Positions 23,201 to 35,830 of a stretch of DNA of 64,000 nucleotides are shown one piece after another. How positions within the stretch are numbered: position 1 is the stretch's first letter; each line of letters starts with the position of its first letter. Source of the DNA: Gekko japonicus (Eukaryota); assembly GCF_001447785.1 (NCBI RefSeq), contig NW_015167073.1:370692-434691 (forward strand). Direction: 5' to 3'. A program made the position numbers and the translations under genes. The notes beneath the pieces are model-generated. The model saw only the letters and a list, made by a program, of their open reading frames with translations, was not told the DNA's origin and ran no database searches.

Positions 23201-23435
23201 ATCACAAGTTTCCTCCCAAGAGAAGTGAACGATGTTTTGATCTCACAACAATGCCTCTGAGATAAGCTAGGCTGGGATCTCTGGCAGGTAGCTCACGCAT
23301 TACTGGTGTAGCTGACCGGCTTCTGTAGAGTAGCTCATGCATCCTCTGGGAGAACCAGGAAAGGATCATGAAAAGCTCTGTTCCAGCCCTTTAAAAATAA
23401 AGCTTTTGTTTCATAAGTTTTTTCTCTGTCCTTCT

Positions 23436-23849
23436 CAGGGGTTGTTTCCTGCAGGAGCGCACAGGAGCGGAGCTCCGGCAGTAAAGAGCCCAGGGGGTGG
23501 GCACATGCAACAAGCCCCACCCCCTGCTCCCAGCAGCCCTCAGTTGGGCCGCAAGAAGCAGTCAGGTAAATTGCAGAGCTCCCCCCGCCCCCCTATCCAA
23601 AACAGTCCAGTGGCACCTTTAAGATCAAGTTTTATTCAGGTATAAGCTCTCCCTCCTCTGAGAGGACAGATCTACACGTTTCCCCCCTCCAATAGCTAGC
23701 CATCCAAAACAGTCCAGTGGAGTCTGAGCGGTGGGTGTTGCCTTCTGACACACTTCCAGTGATGTCAGGGTGTGTGGCATATGCAAATGTTATGCTAATG
23801 AGTTATGCTAATGAGCTCCTGCACCTCTTTTTCTACGAAATGACCCCTG
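23436..23849. mobile_element. hAT-type MITE, family B2
   Basis: TIR CAGGGGT...; TSD gtccttct. Confidence 0.88.
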
Positions 23850-23912
23850 GTCCTTCTTAAAGGATGGTTTCGTTTCTGGTGCTTCTATCCACATCTGTTT
23901 TGGGGACAGAAC

Positions 23913-24118
23913 CAATATTCCCTCTAAGCTGTGGAGTCTTGTGCGCAAAAATTCTACTTTGTGAGCTACTGATGTTAAAGTTGCGAGTGAGCGATTTGGC
24001 TACTGCATAAATTAGTTGGCTCTGGAGCCCTCCTTCCTGAGCTAAGCCAAAAATGTGTGAGCCGGAGGCTAAAAAACTGTGAGCTTGCTCACACTAACTC
24101 AGCTCAGACGGAACACTG
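23913..24118. mobile_element. MITE family A
   Basis: TIRs; TSD gacagaac. Confidence 0.9.
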
Positions 24119-24260
24119 GACAGAACAAACCTTGGGACATGCTGGGGGGATTAACTTGGGATAGTTTTCATGACTCAGAAGTAGTTCTCTTTAATGAAAA
24201 AAGTTGAGAGCAATGATGAAGCCACCCCTGCCGAGCATTGGAGGTAACTATAGATTTTAT

Positions 24261-24653
24261 CAGGGCTTTTTTTGTAGAAAAAGCCTAGCAGGAACTCATT
24301 AGCATAATAGGCCACACCCAACAGCAGGAACTCATTAGCCTATTAGGCCACACCCCTGACAACACAGCTCATTAGCCTATTAGTCCACACCCCACATTTT
24401 ACCAGAAGTGTGGTCATCCAGCCACACCCACCTTTTGCTTCTTATTCTGTTTACTTTGTTGTCAAAACCCAGGGCTTTTTTTGTAGCAGGAACTTCTTTG
24501 CATGTTAGGCCACACACCCCTAATGTAGCCAATCCGAATGAGTTTCTGCTGTTGGGTGTGGACTATTATGCTAATGAGTTCCTGCTGGGCGTGGCCAACT
24601 CAGGAGCCAGCCGGAACTCCGTTCCTGTGCGTTCCTGCCCAAAAATAGCCCTG
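24261..24653. mobile_element. MITE family C (composite, with an internal second CAGGGCTTTT end)
   Basis: Highly similar to 43890-44290; repeated ctcattagc-(n)-aggccacaccc. Confidence 0.8.
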
Positions 24654-25006
24654 GATTTTATTGTACTGACCTTTATCTACTTGTACTGACCTTCCAAGAA
24701 AGGTGCCACACTGCCATATTTCTTTAGGTTGCTGAGAATGAAAAACTATTTTCCCCCAGTTAGAAAGGTGAGATTCTCAGAATTCTGTATTCTGTAACAG
24801 ACATTAGTCTTGGAAGCATGGTTTTGATTAGCCATACCAAGCTGGCTTGAACACTTAAATGCCTCCTTCCCTTCTCCGGTGGCCCCAATCCATTTTACAG
24901 TGATGTATACAATTTACTTTTTGGGTATTTTGTGTGTGTGTGTGTAATAAATCCATTTACAAAGCAGTGATAACGGCTTCTACACAGTTCAATGAAGACC
25001 AGGTCA

Positions 25007-25246
25007 ACCTGGTGTAGTGGTTAAGTGTGCGGACTCTAATCTGGGAGAACCGGGTTTGATTCCCCACTCTTCCACTTGCACCTGCTGATGTGACTTTGGG
25101 TCAGTCACAAGCTCTGGCACAACTGTCCTTGAAAAAGAGCAGTTTGTGTCTGTTGTGGGGAGGGGAAGGGAAAGGAGTTTGTAAGCCACTCTGAGGGTCC
25201 AAGTGAAGGGCGGGGTATAAATCCAATCTCTTCTTCTTCTTCTTCT
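25007..25246 (+). mobile_element. Squam3-type SINE (internally deleted)
   Basis: tRNA-like head and (CTT)n tail. Confidence 0.85.
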
Positions 25247-25419
25247 ACAGGACTCACTCTATCCCCTTTCTCAATCCTGATTTCCACAAGCAGCAGTATC
25301 AACCCCTTGAGATGTTATAGCGAGGTGTATTTGGGGCAGATCATTTGTTACTGGTCCTCCAAGTTGGTGAAGGGGAAAAAAATCTTGCTGATATAAAATG
25401 GAACAGCAGGGAAGAAAAT

Positions 25420-25639
25420 GGTAGCCAAGCCCTGTTACTGCGGTACTCCTTTTCTACTTAGAACTAAAACTGATCTCCAGACCACAGAGATCAGTTCCCC
25501 TGGAGAAAATGGCTGCTCTGGAGGGTGGACTCTATGGCATTTAACCTTGCTGAAGTCCCTCCCGTGCCCAAGCTCTGCCCTCCATAGGCTTCATTCCCAA
25601 ATCTCCAGGCATTTCCTAGCCTTGAGCTGGCAAACCTAA
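25420..25639. mobile_element. Old MITE family E (TAGGGTTGCCA-type TIR); also 39874-40093 and 42123-42340
   Basis: Shared core cccctggagaaaatggc...ggtggactct. Confidence 0.65.
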
Positions 25640-26600
25640 TTTAGAGGGAGTGTTTCTGAAAGCCTTGATTTATTAATAAATGTGGGGGATTTGAATATTA
25701 AATGGCAATAGGCATATAAGGGAGCAATAACCTATGTGTACAGGAGTCCTGCTTAGTCCAATATTTCAGAGATAGACACAGAGACCAGATCTTAGTGAAA
25801 TGGTATATTTATGGGAAGATTTGCACACATACAAATAGATCTCAAGCACACACTCAACAATACAGAGCTAGGAAAAATAGACTGAAAAAGTACAGAGACA
25901 TTTGCATTAGCAGGAGTTCGTTGGTTGGGTGATACTGACCTGTACGTCATGATGAAGCGATCCTACAGTGAAAATAAGGGAGACTAAAAGGAAAAGGGGC
26001 CGTGTTCTGAACCAGCAGAGCACACGGTAGACTCTGGGCAGTGCTTAAACTGAGACAAAAAGGTAGGATGGGATCAGGTAAAGAGGAAGTGAGAGAGAGA
26101 GCATAGCGAATCCTGCTCTTTTTATACTTTAATTGGGCTAGGGGTGTGTGTCCTCTAGTCATGTCCTCTAGTCATGTCCCCAGAAAGTTTCAACACAAAA
26201 ACTGGTTTCTTCCCCAGCCATACTGGCACATTTCATTCAATCACTGCAGAATTCTCTTCCTTTTCATCCAGTTGAATGAGTGTAGTCAACCTTTGGTTAT
26301 GTATTCTGTTCTCTTTCAGCCATAGCCAAAAGGTTGTATCCTACCACTCAGCTGAGTACAAAATATTTCTCCAAAGAAGGAGCCTCTTACTTCAGAGAAG
26401 TCCCTTCTGCTGGAAGAGGTCTCTACACATAGCTGAGTTGTACAGTAGGATACAAACTGGTATTTCTTTCAGGTCTTCCTGATTCTGTTTTGCTTCCAAT
26501 GCAATGGAGTTAAAATATGTACCCAACACAAGTTCCAAATAGAGATTTGGGTGAGAGATAGGATTCTCCCCAGAAACCTCAAAAATCCTGTGATAATCTT

Positions 26601-26743
26601 AGGTAAAGTAAAGGTAAAGGTTTCCCTTGCTCGAAAGCCAGTCAAATCCAACTCTAGGGATGTGGTGCTCATCTCCGTTTCCAAGCCGAAGAGCCAGCAT
26701 TGTCCAAAGATATTTCCATGGTCATGTGGCCGGCATGACTAGA
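26601..26743 (-). mobile_element. Sauria SINE 3' part
   Basis: (AAAGGT)n tail and 3' body. Confidence 0.8.
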
Positions 26744-26804
26744 CCATTGATATTATTCCCCCCCCCCGGAGGCTACTACAGTCCTGGGTTAATTTCTATA
26801 TTCT

Positions 26805-27262
26805 CGAGGGAGGCCAGGCTAGCTGCTACTAGGGCTGGGGCCTTTTTGGTGGTGGCCCCTACCTGGTGGAACGAGCTCCCAGGGGAGATCAGGGCCCTGC
26901 GGGACCTTTTGCAGTTCTGAAGGGCCTGCAAGACGGAGCTCTTCCGCCAGGCATATAATTAGGGGCAGCTGCCATAGTGCATGGCCCGCAAAGTCATCAT
27001 TGAGCAGCTGCCATAAGAGTGACGAGCAGAATAACATCTAAGCACTTTATGCTGGGAGCTTGAAACCCATCTGAAAGCATTCCTTCTGATTGAATTTTAA
27101 CTGCTGCCAGTACTTTGTAATGTATTAATTTTAAATGTTATGTTTTAATTTGTAGTATGTATGTTTTTATCATGTATTTATGTCATTGGAAGCTTCCCTG
27201 AGCCTGCTTTGCAGGGAGGGCGGGGTAGAAATCTGACAATAAATTAAAAAAATAAAAATAAA
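26805..27262 (+). mobile_element. L2-type LINE 3' end
   Basis: ARLAATRAGAFLVVAPTWWNELP; 3' terminus with A-rich tail. Confidence 0.75.
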
Positions 27263-27586
27263 GATGAAACTACATGTCAGTGTATGGCCATCAGATTCTA
27301 TCTGTCTCTCACTCATCCCTGGTTTTATCAGAGTTCAGCTCACGACAGAAATACCTTTCATTTATCTGTTTATCCCAGGACAGGTGTGGGGCGAAACTGG
27401 GGTGACCTCAATGTAATGTGGAAACAAAAAATCCCCCAAGATAATTACAGGGGTGAACTCGCGTGTGGTGTAGAATGTAAGTTCGGGGACAGGGTTGAAC
27501 CAGGATTTAAGGTCTAGTGTGGAATCCCATTATCTCTGTGTATAAAGCCCTCCTCTTACTCCTTCCCTGAATCTAAATACCTCAGT

Positions 27587-28256
27587 GAAGAAGAAGAAGA
27601 AGAAGAAGAAGAAGAAGAAGAAGAAGAAGAAGAAGAAGAAGAAGAAGAAGAGATTGGATTTATACCCCGCCCTTCACTACCCAAAGGTGTCTCAGAGCGG
27701 CTTACAAACTCCTTTCCCTTCCCCTCCCCACAACAGACACCCTTTGAGGTAAAAGAAGAAGAGATTGGATTCATACCCTTCCCTTCACTACCCAAAGGTG
27801 TCTCAGAGCGGCTTACAAACTCCTTCCCCTTCCCCTCCCCAAAACAGACACCCTGTGAGGTAAAAGAAGAAGAAGAGATTGGATTTATACCCCGCCCTTC
27901 ACTACCCAAAGGTGTCTCAGAGCGGCTTACAAACTCCTTTCCCTTCTCCTCCCCACAAGAGACACCCTGTGAGGTAAAAGAAGAAGAAGAGATTGGATTC
28001 ATACCCTGCCCTTCACTACCCAAAGGTGTCTCAGAGCGGCTTACAAACTCCTTTCCCTTCCCCTCCCCACAACAGACACCCTGTGAGGTGGGTGGGGCTG
28101 AGAGAGCTCTTGACAGAAAGTGCTCTTTTTCAAGGACAGCTGTGCCAGAGTTATGGCTTGCCCAAGGTCATCCAGCCAGGTGCAAGTGGAGGAGTGGGGA
28201 ATCAAACCCGGTTCTCCCAGATTAGAGTCCACGCACTTAACCACAACACCAAACCA
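27587..28256 (-). mobile_element. Squam3-type SINE with four tandem copies of its ~112-bp 3' module and a long (CTT)n tail
   Basis: Repeat unit gagattggattta/cataccc...caccctgtgaggta. Confidence 0.9.
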
Positions 28257-28438
28257 CTACTCCAAACTGGCTCTCTCCATGAACTGGGATCTATGCACAA
28301 GAAAAGCTCGCTCTTGTAATGCTTGCGCCCAGGCACATGGACAGAAAAACTGGCGATGGTCTGAGTCAGACCATCTGGTACTGACCACCAGCAGTGCTTT
28401 GAGGCCGTGAGTTGAGGAGTGATGGAAATGGGGCCTTT

Positions 28439-28692
28439 AGAAGAAGAAGATATTGGATTTATACCCCGCCCTTCACTACCCGAAGGAGTCTCAGAGCGGC
28501 TTGCAATCTCCTTTCCCTTCCCCCTCCCCACAACAGACACCCCATGAGGTAGTTGGGGCTGAGAGAGCTCTTGACAGAAACTGCTCTTTTTCAAGAACAG
28601 CTCTTACTAGGTGCAAGTGGAGGAGTGGGGAATCAAACCCGGTTCTCCCAGATTAGAGTCCACGCACTTAACCACTACACCAAACTGGCTCT
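28439..28692 (-). mobile_element. Squam3-type SINE
   Basis: Same family. Confidence 0.85.
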
Positions 28693-29170
28693 CAGTGAGG
28701 GTGGGATGGGAGGTTTCCATCCTTCATTAAATAATTTTTTTTGCACAGTTCTCAGATTCACAGGGATTAATTTAGCCTTTCATTTTCTGTAGGTTTACTT
28801 ATGTGTGGCTGCCCCCCCCCATTCAGAGGATTCTTTCTGGTGACTGTCTGGAGTCCACACTTGTGTCCCCCTGAAGATACCATGAGACGTGTGCTCACGT
28901 GGGCAAGCAGAAAATGGATTTCAACTTCTTTCCCCCTTCCTTGTCTATCTGTTTGACCTGTCCTTTCAGCAGTGCACCCGAACAACATGGGTTAGATTCT
29001 CCCACAGGGTCCTGTCTGTTTAACCCAGGGATCCTGGGTTCAACAAAACTTTTTCAACTACACATAAACTCTAGAAAAACACAGATTTGGGGGGGCTATC
29101 TCTCTCTGTGTGTTTGTGTGAGTGTGTAAAGTGCCATCAAACAGAAGCCGACCTATGGCATCCTCATAAG

Positions 29171-29557
29171 CAGGGGTCATTTCCTGCAGGAGCGCACAGG
29201 AACGGAGCTCCAGCAGTAAAGAGCCCAAGGGGGCGAGCACATGCAACAAGCCCCGCCCCCTGCTCCCAGCAGCCCTCAGTCAGAGCAAGAAGCAGCCAAG
29301 TAAGCTGCAGAGCCCCCACCCCCGCCCTCTAGTCCAAAACAGTCCAGTGGCACCTTTAAGACCAAGTTTTATTCAGGTACAAGCTCTCCCCCCCCCAATA
29401 GCTAGCAATCCAAAACAGTCCAGTGGAGCCTGAGCAGTGGGTGTTGCCTTCTGACACACTTCCGGTGACATCAGGGGGTGTGGCATATGCAAATAGGTTA
29501 TGCTAATAAGTTATGCTAATGAGCTCCTGCACCTCTTTTTCTATGAAATGACCCCTG
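29171..29557. mobile_element. MITE family B2 in the OR-3 3' flank
   Basis: TSD ctcataag. Confidence 0.88.
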
Positions 29558-29750
29558 CTCATAAGGTTTTCAAGGCAAGTGATAAAGCCAAAGTTGTTTG
29601 CTATTGCCTTAGTTTGCAAAGACTAAAACACACTCACATATACAAGGATCCATTTAAACATTCTATTCAAATCTTTTTCTCCCAGCTGCAGACACTGAAA
29701 TCTGAATGAAGGCTGTTTATTTAGACGTCACATATCAATTTCATCTGTCT

Positions 29751-30674
29751 TCATCTTCGCAATATTTTGGCCACTGCCGCATGGATGTCCTTGTTGCGCA
29801 GGGTGTAAATGATCGGATTAAGAAGTGGGGTGATCACTACATAAAAGACTGCAATGTGTTTGTCTACATCAGAAGCTGAGCTTGACCGGGGTCTCATAAA
29901 CATGGAAACAACAGTGCCATAGTACAAGGAAACCACCAGCAAATGGGAGCCACATGTGGAGAAGGCCTTGCGCCTTCCAGCAGTTGACTTCATTTGTAAC
30001 ACAGTGGAAAGTATTTGAATATATGAGGTCAGGATAGCTGCAAGTGGACCTGCGAGGAGTACTCCTGCCAACACAAAAATGATGGCCTCTGTGATGTGGG
30101 TATCTGCGCATGCTAGTTTCAGCACGAGGGGTAACTCACAGTAGAAGTGGTTGATGTGGTTGGGTCCACAGTAGGGGTGGCGAAGGACGCAGGCCACGTA
30201 TATGAGAGCAGAGAAGAAGCCCCCTGCCCAGGAGGCTGAAGCCAGCTGCAGCTGCCGACCCCGGCCCATGGCAATGGTGTATACCAGGGGATAGCAGATG
30301 GCCAAGTAGCGGTCGTAGGCCATGACACCCAGCAGAAGGAACTCAACAGTGCCCAGGCATGTACTGACGTACATCTGGGCTGTGCAATGTCTAAAAGAAA
30401 TGATTCCATTTCCAGCCTGGAGGTGAGCCAGCATCTGGGGCATGCTGGTGGTGACGTAACAGATCTCCAGGCCTGCAAAGTGCTTTAGGAAGAAGTACAT
30501 GGGTGTGTGGAGATGAGGGTCAGCCCGGATGACCATGATGATCCCCAGATTCCCCGTGACTGTAAGTGTGTAGATGAGAAGGATTATGACAAAGAGCAGG
30601 ATCTGGGATCTTCGGTGGCTGGTGAGTCCCACCAGGATGAACTCGGTGATAGATGTGAAGTTCTCAGATCTCAT
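29751..30674 (-). CDS. Olfactory receptor, class II, OR2D-like (OR-3), 307 aa
   Basis: MRSENFT, LHTPMYFFL, MAYDRYLAICYPL, HFYCELP..KLAC, KAFSTCGSHL, PLLNPIIYTLRNKD; acceptor ttctttctctacAAGCAG about 10 nt before the ATG. Confidence 0.96.
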   Translation of the reverse strand: MRSENFTSITEFILVGLTSHRRSQILLFVIILLIYTLTVTGNLGIIMVIRADPHLHTPMYFFLKHFAGLEICYVTTSMPQMLAHLQAGNGIISFRHCTAQMYVSTCLGTVEFLLLGVMAYDRYLAICYPLVYTIAMGRGRQLQLASASWAGGFFSALIYVACVLRHPYCGPNHINHFYCELPLVLKLACADTHITEAIIFVLAGVLLAGPLAAILTSYIQILSTVLQMKSTAGRRKAFSTCGSHLLVVSLYYGTVVSMFMRPRSSSASDVDKHIAVFYVVITPLLNPIIYTLRNKDIHAAVAKILRR

Positions 30675-30859
30675 GCTGGCTTCCTGCTTGTAGAGAAAGA
30701 ACAGCAGTGAAAGAAAGCAACATTCACTGGCTACCGGAGAGCCCTTAAAACGGCAAGTTTACTTACACCACTAGCATAGTCAATCCAAAAGCCAGCTCTT
30801 AACACTCAAGCCTGATGATCTCTGTTCAAATGGTTGCAGGATTCTCCCTGATTTGCATT

Positions 30860-32140
30860 ATGATTTGCTCAAGTGAACAGCTAGACCATCCTTTGGAGGG
30901 AGACTGAACCTTGGAACTGCTCAGATGCAAGTAAAATCTTTCAAATATCTGGGGGTAACCTTCTCATACAATGGCAGTCCATCATCTCACATCATATCTG
31001 CAATTAATATAGCAGAGAGAAGTGCCAACGCTATTCTTACATTTTTAAAGAAATGAGGGCTGAGGTTTAGTCCTCGGCAGCTTTAAAGCTTTTTTTCTGC
31101 CAAAGTGTTGACCCAGCTTACCAATGGGTGCAAATAATTTTAGATAATAGTAGTAACTATAAGACACTAGAGAGAGTACAATCTAAATTTCTCAGAGCAC
31201 TGTTTAATGTACACAGCTAATGTGGTCTTAACACAGGAGGCTGGCGTATCAAGAATGAAACTGAAAATTTGGATAATTTCGGTCTACTATTGGTTGAGAA
31301 TCCACCTGAAGCCTACAGGACTGACCCCCCCCCCCCCGCTTTTAGTTTTCACTCCATACCCCATACCCAGACTGGTTCATCAGAATAACGAATAAGTTAC
31401 ATACCATTGGGTTATGCCCGGTAAATCTTTTGGAAATGGGTATGAGTAAAGCAAAAATTTTAGTTCATCAGCGCTTGATCGATATTGAGGCCCAAAGTGA
31501 TGGAGCGCTATTACCCAAGATGTATAATAACCTAAAATCTTGGTCTGGATTTGCAGTAGCACCATATCTCTCGAATATCACGTATGAAAAATACAGACGG
31601 GCCTTTTTTAGAGTGCATTTTGATGCCATCCTTTCCAGACTGAGCCCGTGTAGCGGGGAAAGTGGGGTATAAATTGAATAAAATAAATAAATAAATAAAT
31701 AAATAATATATTGCAAGGAAGGTATCTCTGCTGGCCTATCCATCAAAGATGTTGTCTGTGATCAGATAAAGAAGTTGAAACAATTACGTTCTTTTACACT
31801 GTAAACTTTATTCCAAAGAGAGAGACCAGTTAATATTTCCTTTACTTTCTTGGATAATTATCTGAAATTTGTAGATACTGTGCTGCTGAAATATTTGTCA
31901 GTAACCTTGGTAGCAGCAAAACATTATTTTTTAGTAATAAATAAGCAGAAGTTTTTAACAAAAAGCACAGACTGAGGAAGGTTCTTGTCTGGGATTTAGG
32001 ATTTGGGGTTATAATTACTGTTTTAAAGTAGATGGGGCTTCTAATTGTACTGTTTTATTTTATTTTTGTACTGCTGGTTAATTTGCCATAGTAAATTTGA
32101 AATTGAAATTGGAACTGCTCAAATGTGATGATGAAGAAGC
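30860..32140 (+). mobile_element. Old degenerate RTE-X-like LINE fragment
   Basis: FKYLGVTF, LERVQSKFLR, QRLIDIEAQ, YLSNITYEKYRRAF remnants; short (TAAA)n insert at ~31636-31705. Confidence 0.6.
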
Positions 32141-32236
32141 CCAAGCAGTATACTGGCACTTCAGTGCCCACATAATGGGTGAAACCATGGGGAGAAGATA
32201 TGGTGGTGGGAGGCAGTCACAACATCTGTAAATATA

Positions 32237-34660
32237 GCAGTGGAAGCCAGTGTTGAACCCATTCAAGCCAAATTGGACTCTCTCACCCAGCAAATGACTA
32301 CTCAAACTGAAGAAATCAAAAAGCAGATTACAGACAACAAACACGAGATCTCTGGTCTGGTAAAAACAACAAATAACCTGGAAACTAAATCAGAAGAAGT
32401 AGACATACAAATGTGGGCAATGGGGACTAAACGGAATTCCATGGAAGATACACTTCTAAAGCTTGAAATTGATAAAGCAGTTTACATATTAAGATTCCAG
32501 AACATTCCAGAGAAGAAGGATGAAGATATTAAAATGGACATGGCTCACATTTTAGCAAAATATATGGAAGCAGAAAGTACAGAAGAAGTATATAATGAAA
32601 TTGATGTGGCTTACAGGATGAACGCAGCATACGCAAGAAGAAATAAACTACCCAGAGAGGTGCATGTCAGATTTCATAAGAGAGCTATGAGAGATGGAAT
32701 TCTTAAAACAGCAAATGAAACATCCCTTCAAATAGAAGAAATAGAGATAAAATACTAAAAGAAGTTCCTTGGAGAGTAAGAGAGAAAAGACAAGACTATA
32801 TGGATCTCACAAGCCTTTTAAGGAAAAATGGAATTTCATATAGATGGCTACTTCCAGAAGTCATCCTATTCATTTTTAAAGGGAAAAGACACAGAATCAA
32901 TTCAGTTTTTAAAATAGAAGATTTTATCAAACCTTATGGAGACGAACTGGAAACTCAAGAGAGAAACTCACAAGATACAGAAGAAGAATGTCAAGAGCTA
33001 CAAGGAGCAACAGGATCTACTGGACAAAACCAAAGAAACAAAAAGAAAGCAATAACGATTGTACCATCTTAGCCTGTGGTCACACACACTACATAATCCA
33101 CTGTCAATCCACTTTCAATGCACGTTCCAACTGGATTTTTACTGTGTGAACTGGCAAAATCCAATTCAAAAGTGCATTAAAAGTGGATTGAAAGTGGATT
33201 ATTTAGTGTGTGTGACCACAGCCTCAAATTGTCATGAGATTCCAACAGAAGAACAAAAATGATACTGAAAAGTCAATGCAAGATGGATAGGAGAAAGATA
33301 AGAATAATTTCAATAAATGCTAATAGATTGAATGCACCCCCAAAAAGAAGACAGGTATTTCAACAATTGAAGAAGATGCAATTAGATGTTATATGTTTAC
33401 AAGAAACTCATATTAAACATTCAGATCAAAAATACTTGAAAATGAAGAGACTTGGTAAATATTTTATTTCTGCAGATAAAGAGAAGAAGAAAAGGGGAGT
33501 AGTGACATATGTTAAAGAGCATTTACGTCCTGAACTAATATATGGCTCTGAAGATGGTAGAATTCTGAGGTTCCAAATACAAAAACAAGCCAAAACAACT
33601 CTGATTGTTAACATATATGCACTCAACCAACATCAAGAAAGTTTTTACAAATTATTGTAAGAGCGTGTTTCAAAACAAAATGTTGAAGAAATCTGTATGA
33701 TTGGAGATTATAACGCAGTGTTTGATAGAACTTTGGAGAGAAAAACAGAAACTGGAAAGCAGAAGCAAGGTAATGAATTGCTCAGCTCGTTTCTACAATT
33801 TGTAGAAGAACATAATTTGGTGGACTCCTAGAGAACTAGAAATCTTAATAAGAAGGACTTTACATACTTCTCAGCAAGACATAAGTCATGCTCAAGAATA
33901 GATATGGGCTGGATTTCAACAGCAATTATAAATAATTTATTGGAAGTAGAGATATTACTGGCAACTTTTGCAGATCACAACCCTTTTCTTCTTTCATTAT
34001 AAGATACACCAAAGAAAAATAGATGGACTATGAACACGTTGCTGTTAAAAAATGGAAAATGGCTCTTTTTTCATGTGGTGGGCCTGTGATAAAAGTAAAA
34101 AATACTGCGCCGGGGTCATGAAATGTTGCAAAAAAATTTAGAAACTAATATACCTTTTGTACCAGCATTGTTTTTATTGAACATCGTTCCAGAAAATTAT
34201 AAAAAAACAGGACTCCTATTTGATTATACATGTTGTTACAACTGCTAGAATATTGTATGCTAAATATTGGAGAAGAAAAGAGACACCATCAAAAGAAGAA
34301 ATAATAAATAAATTACTGGAGACTGCCGAGATGGATACATTGACTTTGATTTTGAAAGGACAGAAAGAGGAGGATTTTGAAAATATATGGTCAAGACTTT
34401 ACAGGTGGACTGAAGAATATATTAAATTAACTGTGTATACAACCGAGACAAAACATAATAAGAACATTGATAGCAATACATGCAAAAGTTTAAATGGACA
34501 TGTTAAGGTGTAGAAATTTACCTTTGTTTAGAGAAAAAAGAGATAATTAATGGATTGATTCTCCCATTGAATGTTTGTTTGTTACATTTGTTTGGGTTTT
34601 TTGTTGTTTAGTTTGTTTGCTGTTGTTATAAAATAAAAAAAAAGTTCGTTAAAAAAAAGA
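32237..34660 (+). mobile_element. L1-clade LINE remnant: broken ORF1, APE endonuclease domain, large internal deletion, ORF2 C-terminus, A-tail
   Basis: ORF1 coiled coil plus LRFQNIPE...PREVHVRF; EN ISINANRLN...DVICLQETH...GDYN...DHNP; C-terminal TTARILYAKYW. Confidence 0.88.
33071..33224. mobile_element. Palindromic MITE family D (possibly Harbinger-like); also 39431-39571 and 45616-45769
   Basis: Nearly the whole element is an inverted repeat: ctgtggtcacacacacta...tagtgtgtgtgaccacag. Confidence 0.8.
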
Positions 34661-35830
34661 GAGAGAGAGAAGATAGGGTGGCTGTTTGTGTTATGGGTTT
34701 TATTATGACATGTTCCTCCAAGATCTTTGTCAGCATTTGCAGAGAACCGGAGGTGCCTGTGGATACTGGAAATCAAAATTTCTGTCAATTGTTGCTGTTT
34801 TTAGGAATTTTAACTTTGAATGCATTAGTATTTGTATCTGGATTTATTGCTGTGTTTGTATTTGAACTGTTGTGACCCGCCCTGAGACCACTTTCAGGGA
34901 ANNNNNNNNNNNNNNNNNNNNNNNNNNNNNNNNNNNNNNNNNNNNNNNNNNNNNNNNNNNNNNNNNNNNNNNNNNNNNNNNNNNNNNNNNNNNNNNNNNN
35001 NNNNNNNNNNNNNNNNNNNNNNNNNNNNNNNNNNNNNNNNNNNNNNNNNNNNNNNCCCGCTTTGGTGTGTTGTGCGAGAAGACAGTGAAGGAGAAGCAAC
35101 TTTCTGAGGGGCTGAAAGTTAAAAAAGGAAATTGACAGTGCAAAATATAACCTTACCTCTGTGTGTCTTTCAGGGAATCCTGATCAACCAGTTAAGAGTT
35201 TGTCATGTACTCGGCTCCTGAGAAAACAGTCAACAGCTTCAATCCGTTTCAAAGTTTCTAATGCAAAATGTTGGTTCGCAGGACTTTCAAAGCAATTGTG
35301 AGGAAACTGATGTCACCACTGATGAGTCCCCGTGCTCTTTAAGAAAGATTGCCCAGATGAAATGTGTAGCCTTTCCTACCTCAATATTGGCAACGATCAT
35401 CTGAAAATGGTCTGAAACGATTTACATGAATGAATGAATGAAGCACACACAGCTAAATATGTGGATCATGAAAATCACTAAAGCCACTAAGCTTGCTAAT
35501 GTTGTCTTCAAAGCCTCCATTAGAAGGAGGGTGATGTCCAGCTTTTTCAGTGAGGTCTCTGACTTCCTGGACTGGGATAGAAGCAACTTTATACGAAGAC
35601 ATACAAATGGTCCATCCAGTCTGGCACTGTCTGTTTTGGTTGGCAGCACCTCTTCAGACCTTTCTGTGCCCAAATCGTTCAGCTGGAGGTGCTAGGGACC
35701 TTCAGTCACAGGCCTGTAGCTACAGTGGGGAATCTCGGGCCCTGGGCCCCTGACTTACTACCAAGGCCCCCTGACTTCCCATCCAGTCCAGGCCCACTGA
35801 CTTCCAATTTTTTATTTGTGGTGCTCCTTT

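Noticed and set aside
25737-26360. Possible LTR (TGTAC...GTACA) and LTR-like 56290-56760
   Set aside because: No TSD or partner LTR found; boundaries cannot be supported.
27587-28090. Regular repeats as a CRISPR-like array or repeat protein
   Set aside because: Eukaryotic SINE 3' module tandem with no unique spacers.
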